DNA of 64,000 nucleotides. It comes from a virus. How positions within the stretch are numbered: the stretch's first letter is position 1; each line of letters starts with the position of its first letter. The notes under the pieces were generated by a model, which worked only from the letters and a program-made list of their open reading frames with translations, did not search any database and was not told the origin of the DNA. The stretch is from positions 23,809-87,808 of IMG/VR virus record IMGVR_UViG_3300034356_001231; one strand, written 5' to 3'. Below, in pieces: positions 25,282 to 34,603 of this stretch. A program made the translations under genes and the position numbers.

Positions 25282-26154
25282 TCACTTGTTCTTTGATTTC
25301 ATCATTTTCTTTGACTTCAATGCTCCAGGATCAGCAGTAGCTGAAGCACCAATCGAAGCAAGGTCAGCAAGCGAACCACCAAATATGTAAGTTCCAACAT
25401 GCTGCATCTTCATCCATGGACAGAACCATGTCTTAAGATCAATTGCCTGCGCCTTTTGACAGAACCAATAATCTTCTGAAAGATAACGCTTAGATACCGG
25501 ATCAATTTCTGCCTGGAAGAACTGAAGAATCTCACGGCTACCATCAAAATGCTCAGTGCGAACATGATCAGGCTTGTAAGAATACTGATCCTTATATGCG
25601 TCATAGAACTTAGTCATGGCCTTCTTAGAAACCATCATGAATCCAGTTCCGATCTCGAGAACTTCAACTGGCTCTGCGATTGGAATAGAAGTCTGATGAC
25701 CCTTGGGATTGAAAACATAATCACCAACGAAACGCTCTAGAACGTTTGGATCATCATCAGCAACACCCTTATCTACAGCGTGCTTAATCTTTTCCCAAGA
25801 GATACACTTCTTAGGATATGGGCCACCAATAATGTCATACTTATCTTCTTCAAGAGCCTGCAGAGACATTAGAGCAATAACATCCTGTGGATTGAATCCG
25901 ATGTCAGAATCAATAAACATTAGATGCTGTGATTCAGAACGCATAAACTCATCACAACAATAGTTACGAGCTCGAGTAATTAGCGATTCATTGAACAAAT
26001 AATAAAACTGAAGAGGAATACCATACTGCGTACATAGAGCAGAAAGATCTGCACACGAACGAGCAAACATACCAGCGCACTGTCCGCCATACATTGGTGT
26101 GGCGACAAATAACTTGCGCTCTCTTAGTTTTTCAATTGGGATCTTAATTTCCAT
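25282..26154 (-). CDS. GT-A fold glycosyltransferase-like protein
   Basis: FVATPMYGG, ESLITRARN, HLMFIDSD (DxD), GTGFM, YLSEDYWFC. Confidence 0.75.
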   Translation of the reverse strand: MEIKIPIEKLRERKLFVATPMYGGQCAGMFARSCADLSALCTQYGIPLQFYYLFNESLITRARNYCCDEFMRSESQHLMFIDSDIGFNPQDVIALMSLQALEEDKYDIIGGPYPKKCISWEKIKHAVDKGVADDDPNVLERFVGDYVFNPKGHQTSIPIAEPVEVLEIGTGFMMVSKKAMTKFYDAYKDQYSYKPDHVRTEHFDGSREILQFFQAEIDPVSKRYLSEDYWFCQKAQAIDLKTWFCPWMKMQHVGTYIFGGSLADLASIGASATADPGALKSKKMMKSKNK

Positions 26155-26166
26155 AATATACCTTTC

Positions 26167-26355
26167 TTATGCTGTAATAGTATTATGATATTTACAAGTG
26201 TTACAATGAACTTTTTTTCTAGGAGGGTTTGATAGTAAGACGATGCCAGGTTCAGACAAAACTAATTCATCACCACAAGCTGGACACTGAATGCCAGTGC
26301 CATGCCTTTCTCTCAATAATCTTTTCTCTTCTTCGTATTCCTCAATAGTCTTCAT
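26167..26355 (-). CDS. Zn-ribbon small protein
   Basis: CPAC...CNTC. Confidence 0.7.
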   Translation of the reverse strand: MKTIEEYEEEKRLLRERHGTGIQCPACGDELVLSEPGIVLLSNPPRKKVHCNTCKYHNTITA

Positions 26356-26699
26356 TTCCTATCCTTATAATGATCTGCATAAAGCATCATTATAACATAA
26401 TGAAGAACTTTTAGCAAGTCATCTTTATTGCTGCCATGCTTTTTACCATAGCGCCAAAGATATTTGATAGCAGTGTTTCGGAAGGTAGGCATAGAATCAC
26501 CAAGAGCAAGCCACACATCGAAACATTCTATATTCTCTTCTTCAGTCATATAATGCTGCCCATATGTCTTATCTATATAGGCGTGGAAATCAGCAATAAT
26601 CTGATCTTCCATATATTTGTATTTAGGCGCAACCTTTCCAGCAACATCCAATTTATAACTAACACCTGATGGTATTTCACTATATAACCTGCTCATCAT
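26352..26699 (-). CDS. DUF3310 family protein (T7 gp1.7/SaV-like, nucleotide-modification associated)
   Basis: TYGQHY, AIKYLWRYGKK, DLLKVLHY. Confidence 0.78.
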   Translation of the reverse strand: MMSRLYSEIPSGVSYKLDVAGKVAPKYKYMEDQIIADFHAYIDKTYGQHYMTEEENIECFDVWLALGDSMPTFRNTAIKYLWRYGKKHGSNKDDLLKVLHYVIMMLYADHYKDRK

Positions 26700-27232
26700 G
26701 CCTCCAAATATTTCATAATGTAATCCACAATAATCTTCTGATCTTCTTTGTTATTGTTTTTAAATTTAACAGTGTTAAACATAAGAGTCATATTCGTTAG
26801 AATATTTGCAATCTTAGTTTCTCTTCCCTGTAACCAAGTTTCGTTTTGGTTACTTCCACGCTCCTTATAACGTTCTTGCCGAACAGCTTTATCGGTTTCT
26901 AGATAAATTATATCAGTGTTATAATTGTTCACACAATGTTCTAAGAACGTTGATGTGAAAAGACGGTCGCCCTCAAAAAGAACAACCGAATCTTTATGCA
27001 AACTTGCTAAGAATTTAACTGCTTCTGGCTGAACTGCCATAGACATACGATCTGTTCCAGAGAAAGTTTCACCTTCGTCATACTTACCCAAAATATAATT
27101 ACAATCATATTGAAGATACGGAACAAGTTTTACTTCATCATAAACTTTTATCCAATTAAATTTCGAAATAATTTCTTTCATTAAAGTAGATTTGCCAGCA
27201 CCTGGCTCGCCACCAATCGCAAATACAAGCAT
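26696..27232 (-). CDS. P-loop nucleotide/DNA-base kinase associated with aGPT-Pplase
   Basis: GGEPGAGKST, GTDRMSMAVQ, FEGDRL; abuts the aGPT-Pplase2 gene. Confidence 0.78.
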   Translation of the reverse strand: MLVFAIGGEPGAGKSTLMKEIISKFNWIKVYDEVKLVPYLQYDCNYILGKYDEGETFSGTDRMSMAVQPEAVKFLASLHKDSVVLFEGDRLFTSTFLEHCVNNYNTDIIYLETDKAVRQERYKERGSNQNETWLQGRETKIANILTNMTLMFNTVKFKNNNKEDQKIIVDYIMKYLEA

Positions 27233-28230
27233 TATGTAAACCTTTCAAGTCCGACCTTTTCAGGCTCAACAAACAAACCTGTGCAGTCTAGAATACCATT
27301 CTCACTATACAAAGCCATTTTACTATTGTTTATGTGATTAGTCAATAGTTTATTATTTAGAGTTTCATTACGAGCGTCCCACATTGGTTGCCAATCAATA
27401 CCATCCCATCCATCTTTTTCACACTGAGTAATTTCTTCAGCCTGACGATCTAGATAATAACCAAGATATCGACCATGTTTTACTCTGAATAACTTTTTAA
27501 AAGAACAGAGACATGTTTCCATATCAAAATAATCAGTGTCAGGAAAGTCTTTCTTAACTTCTTCTAGAATTAGATACGCCTGTGCTTCCAGATAAGCAAG
27601 TTGACTGACATCTAATTTTTTATCAATCCATTCAGGCTTACCAAGAGCGAAGCATAAACCATTGCGGTGAGATCTTGAGCCAGAATAATCTTCAAGCATT
27701 AGACTGCTCGGTTCAATTGGTAAACCGCAACATTGCTTTAATGTTTGCATGTAGAACCAAGTTGAATATCTACCAAACTTATGAAAGTTTCCCTTGACCT
27801 CGTCCCATAGTAAACTGAAACTTAATTTAGGGCTACCCGGAGCAAGGAAATCTTTAAACGCTTCTGCTTGCGATCTATCACCAACCCAGTTTTTATAAGA
27901 TTCAAACTGAGCAGGTAGATGGCCTTTGTTCCATTTAGTATCTGTTTGATACCGTAGACGTTTATAATTCTTACTGTTCCAATCTTTCAAACGATCAAGA
28001 CCAACAAGTTCCATATCAGGAAACTCGTTCCAGATAACCCACGTTGTCGGAAAATGATACGTTGTACCGTAGATCCAAGCAATCCAGAGTTTCTGTTCTC
28101 TGTTATGTTCGAACCTACGGAACAAGTAATTGGTCATAAAGATAGCGGGGTCGCAATCCTTAATGGAAAGCGACCACCGATACCAGTTTATAAAATCTTG
28201 CTTACGCTGCTTTACGATTTGCTGGTTCAC
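27232..28230 (-). CDS. aGPT-Pplase clade 2 / amino acid:DNA transferase
   Basis: RLRYQTDTKW, FGRYSTWFY, METCLCSFKK, GRYLGYYLDRQAEEI. Confidence 0.78.
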   Translation of the reverse strand: MNQQIVKQRKQDFINWYRWSLSIKDCDPAIFMTNYLFRRFEHNREQKLWIAWIYGTTYHFPTTWVIWNEFPDMELVGLDRLKDWNSKNYKRLRYQTDTKWNKGHLPAQFESYKNWVGDRSQAEAFKDFLAPGSPKLSFSLLWDEVKGNFHKFGRYSTWFYMQTLKQCCGLPIEPSSLMLEDYSGSRSHRNGLCFALGKPEWIDKKLDVSQLAYLEAQAYLILEEVKKDFPDTDYFDMETCLCSFKKLFRVKHGRYLGYYLDRQAEEITQCEKDGWDGIDWQPMWDARNETLNNKLLTNHINNSKMALYSENGILDCTGLFVEPEKVGLERFT

Positions 28231-29542
28231 TTATTACCTTATTTGTCCTGGTGTCCCAGAAGCAAGGAAGAAATTCCAACTCGATCCATTCAAGTTTAGC
28301 AATGGCCAAACATTCACGGACTTCTTGCTCAAGAACATCTCTCTCAAGATATTCTTCAACATTCTTAAAGTGAATGAATATTTTGCCTTTCGGATTATTT
28401 CTTGCCGAGGGACGATTCTTTGTCTTTTGGCGCAAACTATTTACCACACCACCAATACCCGAGTGAATGACAGTGCTTATAGACTGACTGATACAACCAG
28501 CATAAGGATTTTCTGCAAGGTAAGAATTTACCTTCTTCTTCAGATCCTTATCTACCCAGTTATAGAAATTATACTTGCTGTTAATTTCGTTAGTGAAATA
28601 ACGATCTTTAGCAGCGCTGATCAAACTCTTTAGAGACTTCTCAGAGAATTCTCCAAGATAAAGATCAAATACAATTTCTTCCATTTCATCTGAATCAAAA
28701 GGAATTCCATCGACATAAAGAGCTTCAATCTTGCGCTTCACATCTTCCTTAGAATTACCTTCCTTGACAACTGGCTCGTGATTCATAAGAACCCCGAAAT
28801 GATCCATAATAGAAGGATCATCAAGGAATTCGTCAGAATTAATATAAATTACGGGCACAGTTGCCCATTTAGCTTCAATTGCTGCACTGAGCGTATGATT
28901 ACCATCAAGAATCTTTTTCTTGCCGTCACGGAAAACAACAACCACAATAGGATTGATATGCTGATTGGCACGCTCTGGATCGTTCATACGATCTACAAGT
29001 TTATTTACATGATGATTATGACGTAGCTTAAAACGAATTTGAATTCGTTCGAAATTCGCCAACTCTCCAACGTAAACATTATGGACTTCATAATGTTTCT
29101 TGATTTTGTTTTCTTTTACCTTATTTGCAATCGATCGAGCAAGACGAATATGCTCCTTATACGTAGATCTAGCTTTTTCGATAATGAAATCTGTAGAAAT
29201 ACATCGGCTAACGATCTCTCGCATTTTATCTGTGACGTGCGAAAGACTACATCCAGCACCACCACCATTTGTCTTATTATACATATCTGGGTTATTACGA
29301 GCATCTAATACATCAAGCATATAATGCTCGAGCGAGATACACTGTTCTAATGTGCCTTCAAAAAATTCTACTCGACGAAGAAACCCTTTGTTCCAGGCAT
29401 CATTAAACGCTGGATCAGTAGAGCTCGAAGTGTAATAGTCTGAAACATTCTTATCAGAAAGTTTATGATAACCTACATAGACAATCTTAGTAGTTTCACG
29501 ATTATACCAAAGATAACAAATAGCCTGTTTTGCAGTTTTCAT
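28202..29542 (-). CDS. GIY-YIG-like N-terminal domain fused to a ParB/Srx-like domain
   Basis: CYLWYN...YVGYH, YTSS, LEH..L, YN.TNGGG; then PIVVV...ILDGNHT. Confidence 0.65.
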   Translation of the reverse strand: MKTAKQAICYLWYNRETTKIVYVGYHKLSDKNVSDYYTSSSTDPAFNDAWNKGFLRRVEFFEGTLEQCISLEHYMLDVLDARNNPDMYNKTNGGGAGCSLSHVTDKMREIVSRCISTDFIIEKARSTYKEHIRLARSIANKVKENKIKKHYEVHNVYVGELANFERIQIRFKLRHNHHVNKLVDRMNDPERANQHINPIVVVVFRDGKKKILDGNHTLSAAIEAKWATVPVIYINSDEFLDDPSIMDHFGVLMNHEPVVKEGNSKEDVKRKIEALYVDGIPFDSDEMEEIVFDLYLGEFSEKSLKSLISAAKDRYFTNEINSKYNFYNWVDKDLKKKVNSYLAENPYAGCISQSISTVIHSGIGGVVNSLRQKTKNRPSARNNPKGKIFIHFKNVEEYLERDVLEQEVRECLAIAKLEWIELEFLPCFWDTRTNKVISEPANRKAA

Positions 29543-29603
29543 AGGTCACTCCTTTTTGGACCGTTTCAAAATATTGGGCTTCCTTTACATCACCCAATAA
29601 ACA

Positions 29604-29633
29604 TATACTACCACTATTCTGCGAAAATGTCAA
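29604..29633 (-). promoter_or_regulatory. Early promoter for the GIY-YIG/ParB gene
   Basis: TTGACA-17 nt-TAGTAT on the - strand; AAGGAG RBS downstream. Confidence 0.55.
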
Positions 29634-30150
29634 GTCCTTTATATTCGACGAAGAGCTCTACGCAGCCTCCCTTTCCTTTTTTCGTTGCAGCCTTATAGAT
29701 TATATCGTCGAGAGAGTAATCAATCTTCTCGAATTCCGAAGAATTAATCTTAAACATAGCCAATAGACATCCACTTTTCTGTTTACCTACGAATTGTATG
29801 CCTAGTTTTTTGTAGAACGGTATAGCTGGAATTTCCGAAGAAACTCTGAAATAATGTGCGCTCGAATAGAAAGCGTAATACAAAGAATGATTGCATAGCT
29901 TTCTAGCAACTCCTTTGTTCCTATGCGCATAAAAAGTATGAAGCAATTGAAGGTTAGCCGTATAAGGTTTACGTTTCGAAATAGTTGTGAGAATGGCTCC
30001 GGCAAGGTCATCGCCTTCCCAGAGCCCAACAACTTCATTCCATTTGTCTAGCATGTCGCATTTAGCAACAAATGTTTTGGCAAACTTATCTTCTTTACGA
30101 TCGCTAATGTTTGCTATAAATTGTTCTTTTGTAACTGTTTTAAACTGCAA
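29614..30150 (-). CDS. GNAT acetyltransferase
   Basis: LLHTFYAHRNKGVARKL (motif A), AIPFYKKLG; probable TTG start at 30150 (frame open to 30225). Confidence 0.8.
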   Translation of the reverse strand: MQFKTVTKEQFIANISDRKEDKFAKTFVAKCDMLDKWNEVVGLWEGDDLAGAILTTISKRKPYTANLQLLHTFYAHRNKGVARKLCNHSLYYAFYSSAHYFRVSSEIPAIPFYKKLGIQFVGKQKSGCLLAMFKINSSEFEKIDYSLDDIIYKAATKKGKGGCVELFVEYKGLDIFAE

Positions 30151-31012
30151 TGAACTCTCGGGATTTCTTTCCTCGCTCTTTTCCATATTTTGTTTTCTCC
30201 CATGACGTATAAATCTCGTGATCATATTTTAGTTCTGGAAATTTATAATCGCCTTCAAGAAGAATTTGTAGAACATCTGGGCCATTATTGAGCGCAGCGT
30301 CTATAAACGCTTCAACAAATCTAAATGAATCTTCTAACTCTCTACGGTCAAAAGAATTACGGAAACAACGGAACTCAATAGTTCCTGTGTGTTTCATACA
30401 ATATGTATTAATTGCATAACGGAAAGGACGACCCATAGAAACGCCATCTTTACCTGCGCAATGTAACTTAATAAAGTGTTCAAAGTCGGTTGTAAGATTA
30501 ATAATGTTGTTGCACATATAATCAGGCATCAACCTACCACAATCTAACTTCAAATAAGTCTTTGCTGTTTTTGTAGAAGCCATATCTGGGTGCAATCTAA
30601 ATGCATGGATACGATCAACTACTACATGTTGATTTTCTTTGATGTATGCAACCAACCGTTTGAGCGCATCAACATCTTCTTTTAGACCTGGAACATATAC
30701 ATGAACATGATTATGAGAAATACAATTACTAGTAGGATTGTTACCGTGCGATTTATAAAAATCAAGAATCTCAAAAATTCTGTCAACCTGTTCCTTCCAA
30801 GTTTTCGTTGGTCTTACATTAATTTCGCCGCCAAATGGTGGTTCAATACCAAGAGGATCACAAGCGATACCACGATAAGGTGGATTGAGATTCACTACGT
30901 CAGTTTCTGAAAATTCCCATTTACCTAAATGTTCTGGAAGTGGGAGACGACGATCAACATCCCCCACTTCCATTTCAAACCCCCATGTGAAGTCTTTTTT
31001 GTTATATGTCAT
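30140..31012 (-). CDS. Amidoligase (COOH-NH2 ligase type 2)
   Basis: TWGFEME, GGEIN..P, HNHVHV, RYAIN, GTIEFRCF. Confidence 0.8.
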   Translation of the reverse strand: MTYNKKDFTWGFEMEVGDVDRRLPLPEHLGKWEFSETDVVNLNPPYRGIACDPLGIEPPFGGEINVRPTKTWKEQVDRIFEILDFYKSHGNNPTSNCISHNHVHVYVPGLKEDVDALKRLVAYIKENQHVVVDRIHAFRLHPDMASTKTAKTYLKLDCGRLMPDYMCNNIINLTTDFEHFIKLHCAGKDGVSMGRPFRYAINTYCMKHTGTIEFRCFRNSFDRRELEDSFRFVEAFIDAALNNGPDVLQILLEGDYKFPELKYDHEIYTSWEKTKYGKERGKKSREFIAV

Positions 31013-31692
31013 TGCAAATCCTCAATAGCAGGAAACTCATACTTATTATAGCTTACAATTTTGAAATTTTCAACAATAAAATGTTCATACATAGAAGCAG
31101 TAACTTGAACGTCAAGACCGCTTCTTTTCAGAATATCTCTGGTAGAAGCAAATATAATACCGTTCTCATTGTAAGAATAATGAAGTGGTCGAGATTCATT
31201 CCGGAATGCGGTAAGAACTTTATCCTTGTCAATAGTGCAAACAGACATGCTTGCAGGATGAAACTTATGTAAAGGAACTTCACCAGTTTCTAAACAACGT
31301 AAAATTAATTCGCTATCGTTCTTTGTAATTACATCATATCCAAAAGTTTGTTTCCATTGTTCTGGATCTTCTTGAGAAATGACTCCATTGTGGACAATAG
31401 AAAGTTCTTCAGTAGCCATTGGTTGATTGTAAGCAAGATCGCTCGTTGAGTAACGAACATGGCCAATGCAATAAAGATTGCCATCTTCGTTTACCCAACT
31501 GGGAATATCCTGATTGTTGATAAAGGTACAGGCGTTCACAGGTTCTTTGATAGTATGAACCTTACTGTTCTTTACATATGATACTCCTGTAGCGTGCTTG
31601 CCACGAATCATTGATTGAATAAAAAGCCGACGAACAAGTTCGAATTCGTGCTCGCTCGGTTTCTTTATAGCTATTCCTAATACTCCACACAT
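31009..31692 (-). CDS. Class II (Ntn) glutamine amidotransferase
   Basis: MCGVLG, RGKHATG, GHVRYST, NQP, HNGVI, NDSE. Confidence 0.9.
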   Translation of the reverse strand: MCGVLGIAIKKPSEHEFELVRRLFIQSMIRGKHATGVSYVKNSKVHTIKEPVNACTFINNQDIPSWVNEDGNLYCIGHVRYSTSDLAYNQPMATEELSIVHNGVISQEDPEQWKQTFGYDVITKNDSELILRCLETGEVPLHKFHPASMSVCTIDKDKVLTAFRNESRPLHYSYNENGIIFASTRDILKRSGLDVQVTASMYEHFIVENFKIVSYNKYEFPAIEDLQ

Positions 31693-33065
31693 TAGAAAAA
31701 TGATTCCAATGAAGCCACTTCGTCTTTGCCGTAAGGATCTTTCATTCCATGAGCGTGAAGATAATCATACCATTCTTGCTCTTCCCACATTCCAGGAGAA
31801 ACACCATTCCACAATGGACGATGTAATGGATGATCTTTATTCATACGACGTTCTTCCACAAATTGCTTACGCAGCAATTCATAGTCATATGATTTCAACT
31901 CAAGCATTTTCTCACGGAAATAGCAGACTACAGATATGCGCTCACAAGAAGGATCATCAGGCTTATTAAGCACGATAGGAGTATTACCATGGATAATCTC
32001 ATGGTTGTTAACGAGTAACAAATCGCCAGGACGCACATTAACAGCGATACGATACTCAGGAAATATAAGATAACCACCAGTATATTCTCCAGAACCAAGA
32101 ACAAGTAGATTAGATAAACCAGAATCAAGATCACCAGCATCTCGATGACATGCTGTCCGAAAAGTCTTGTTCACAGTCAATGTAGTAAACACTGTTTCAG
32201 GAACAAGAAACCTTGGATCAAGTTTATCTGCTGCAGCTTTCTGATTGCCCCAACGCCAAGGAAGTAATTCTCTAAAACCTTTATTCAGTGTTTGGAGAAA
32301 TGGATACGCCTTTGAAAACAATTCTGGATGGTTTTCAGTATATGCAGTAGCACGACCATACGGAATACGTGGGTATCGATCGTACCAACCAGCAACGCCC
32401 GAAAACACTGACTTTGCATAGTTAGTAGTTGATGCCCACTTTTCAGCAACCTTTCTCGCCTCTGCACGCACTTCTTCGTTTGGTTTATTAGATAAACCAT
32501 CAACCCATTTATCAAACCAACCATGATATTCCGGATACACTTTCTGGACTTCTGAACGTAACCATACAGTACCACGAGTTTCATCTGCAGGTTTAAATTT
32601 AGGATCTGCATACTTAGCGCGAATAGATGCAACTGAATTGTCATCAATTACCTTTGCACCATCATCCATAAGAAAGTCTAAAATCTCCTGTTGATAAGGA
32701 GTAACCCAATCACGACCACCACGACCTTCACATGCTAGCATGTCACCACGAGGACCAGCAGCAAGACCACGATTTTGAGATTCAGTAGCTGCTTGCCTTA
32801 GACCTTCATATGCCTGATCGCATTCTTCTTTAGTGAAGTAGTTCTTACGAAACTTAAATGCAATACGTAATTCATCGTTGCCTTTATCGCAATCTTCGCA
32901 TTCTTTAGTCCCACAATCTGCTTTGGTAAGCGGATCACATAGCGGTGGCATATAACAATCAGTATCTTCTTCAATCAAAATATCATAATGACTCTCGTCA
33001 ACGAAAGTGCCAAGAAGATGTTCACAATCATGTTTTTGACGAGCAACAATACGTCTTACCATCAC
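31692..33065 (-). CDS. TET/JBP-family 2OG-Fe(II) dioxygenase
   Basis: FTTLTVN, TACHRDAGD (HxD), GGYL.FP, PGDLLL, HEIIHGNTPI, RISVVCYFRE. Confidence 0.82.
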   Translation of the reverse strand: MMVRRIVARQKHDCEHLLGTFVDESHYDILIEEDTDCYMPPLCDPLTKADCGTKECEDCDKGNDELRIAFKFRKNYFTKEECDQAYEGLRQAATESQNRGLAAGPRGDMLACEGRGGRDWVTPYQQEILDFLMDDGAKVIDDNSVASIRAKYADPKFKPADETRGTVWLRSEVQKVYPEYHGWFDKWVDGLSNKPNEEVRAEARKVAEKWASTTNYAKSVFSGVAGWYDRYPRIPYGRATAYTENHPELFSKAYPFLQTLNKGFRELLPWRWGNQKAAADKLDPRFLVPETVFTTLTVNKTFRTACHRDAGDLDSGLSNLLVLGSGEYTGGYLIFPEYRIAVNVRPGDLLLVNNHEIIHGNTPIVLNKPDDPSCERISVVCYFREKMLELKSYDYELLRKQFVEERRMNKDHPLHRPLWNGVSPGMWEEQEWYDYLHAHGMKDPYGKDEVASLESFF

Positions 33066-33442
33066 TTATCTCCGTATAGAACACTTTTAATATCTGGAGC
33101 AGTCCAGCCTTCGGGTTTCAAAATCTTACCATCATCACGACGAACTACTTTACCGTCTACTAGTTTTTCCATGTTAGATCTATGGACTTCGTTGAAGACT
33201 CTGTCCAATGGAATCCCATAAGATGCAGCAGTGCCACAAACAATGTAAATAATATCAGCAAGCTCTTTGGCGACATTCTCTAGATCATCCTTATCTTCAC
33301 CATCAAAATATTCTTCTACTTCTTCTTTTAAAAGTTTACGACGCAATACACGTTCATTCTCATCAGGAAATTCAGGCACTTCGCTGACATTCTGACCGAC
33401 TGCTGTTTGAAACTTTTTTACTTCTTGAAACATATTAGACAT
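33062..33442 (-). CDS. MazG-like all-alpha NTP pyrophosphatase
   Basis: LKEEVEE, KELADIIY, EVHRSNM.K, RDDGKILKP. Confidence 0.85.
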   Translation of the reverse strand: MSNMFQEVKKFQTAVGQNVSEVPEFPDENERVLRRKLLKEEVEEYFDGEDKDDLENVAKELADIIYIVCGTAASYGIPLDRVFNEVHRSNMEKLVDGKVVRRDDGKILKPEGWTAPDIKSVLYGDK

Positions 33443-33998
33443 AGATCCACTCCGGAGGGTTACGTTTTTTCCATTTATGAAGATGTGTTTTACCCATCTT
33501 ATAATAGTTACGATAATTTATTATTGGGTCAGAGTCAATAATATATTCTGGCGCCATACACGAAGGCATGGTAGTCATATCATACTCTTGTAAATTTTTA
33601 GGTGGAGAAGCCAACGTCGCTGATATTTCTCCATAACACTTATGCGTCTTTTCATAACGATAGGTATACTCTTGCATCAACGCAAAGAAATGATCTACCA
33701 ACCAATTGTAATTCTCGACGCTACTGCGAGCCCATACAGCAGATGGGTGATTGATGTGCGTAGCTGAATATATAATTTGTTCGCGCGAGTCATTTAGTAA
33801 CCACCATTTTTTCTTGCGTGTTTTAATTTTACCATCTTCCTGCTCAACCTGCACCTCGAGTTGAATTTCTCGACCGTCTAGTAAACGATGTGCTGTAGAA
33901 AGCAACTGAGCGGATTCGAGGATCATCTTAACAACATGACGATCTACCATCCACTCGGCTGCTTCCACGGGGTTATCAGAAATATAGAAAATATTCAT
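33435..33998 (-). CDS. Pyrimidine-dimer glycosylase-like (DenV-related) protein
   Basis: MNIFY, DRHVVKMILESAQLLSTAH, HINHPS, YRNYY. Confidence 0.75.
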   Translation of the reverse strand: MNIFYISDNPVEAAEWMVDRHVVKMILESAQLLSTAHRLLDGREIQLEVQVEQEDGKIKTRKKKWWLLNDSREQIIYSATHINHPSAVWARSSVENYNWLVDHFFALMQEYTYRYEKTHKCYGEISATLASPPKNLQEYDMTTMPSCMAPEYIIDSDPIINYRNYYKMGKTHLHKWKKRNPPEWIYV

Positions 33999-34108
33999 TT
34001 TTTTCTCATATACCAATAAACAAATATTGCGAACACAATTAGTATAAACCATTGTTCATAATATTCAAGCATTAAATTCAGTTTATAGAAATTAAAAAAA
34101 TGATTCAT
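33995..34108 (-). CDS. 37-aa single-TM peptide (not in the ORF track)
   Basis: ATGA overlaps at both ends; ...WFILIVFAIFVYWYMRKK*. Confidence 0.55.
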   Translation of the reverse strand: MNHFFNFYKLNLMLEYYEQWFILIVFAIFVYWYMRKK

Positions 34109-34572
34109 TGTTTCCACTTTCTCATTGCTTGGTCTCGATGAAACTTGTTAGCTCTATCATAAAAACGAATGCCTTGCAAGTGATCATATTCGTGTTGAAA
34201 TACTCTAGCAGACATACCTATAAACTGTTTTGTCAAACTATCTCCATTAGGAGTATTGAATCGAACACGAACTACTGTTGGTCTTTTAATTTTAACTACT
34301 AATCCAGGATAAGATAAACACCCTTCCTCGAGAACTACGTCGTCTTTAGATTGACTAACTATCTTAGGATTATAACAAACAAAATTTTCCGGAGCTCCAC
34401 GCATAGCGAAAATACGATAAGGCACTCCTACTTGGTTTGCTGCCACTCCAAGACCATTGTTCTCATACATAAATTTGATGAGACTCTGCGCGAAATCAAT
34501 CGGATCGAAGGGAGGATCTTTAAAATCGAATTCTTCACATTGTTCTAAAAGATATCTATCATCTAGTTTCAT
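34105..34572 (-). CDS. def: Peptide deformylase
   Basis: GLGVAANQVG, EGCLS, QHEYDHL; TTGACT-17-TATAAT promoter just upstream. Confidence 0.93.
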   Translation of the reverse strand: MKLDDRYLLEQCEEFDFKDPPFDPIDFAQSLIKFMYENNGLGVAANQVGVPYRIFAMRGAPENFVCYNPKIVSQSKDDVVLEEGCLSYPGLVVKIKRPTVVRVRFNTPNGDSLTKQFIGMSARVFQHEYDHLQGIRFYDRANKFHRDQAMRKWKQ

Positions 34573-34603
34573 ATTATAACCTCGATTTTCATTTTAGTCA
34601 ATA

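Noticed and set aside
28054-28633. + strand ORFs such as 28130-28633 and other antisense ORFs in the track
   Set aside because: Antisense to well-supported genes, with no RBS or recognisable motifs.
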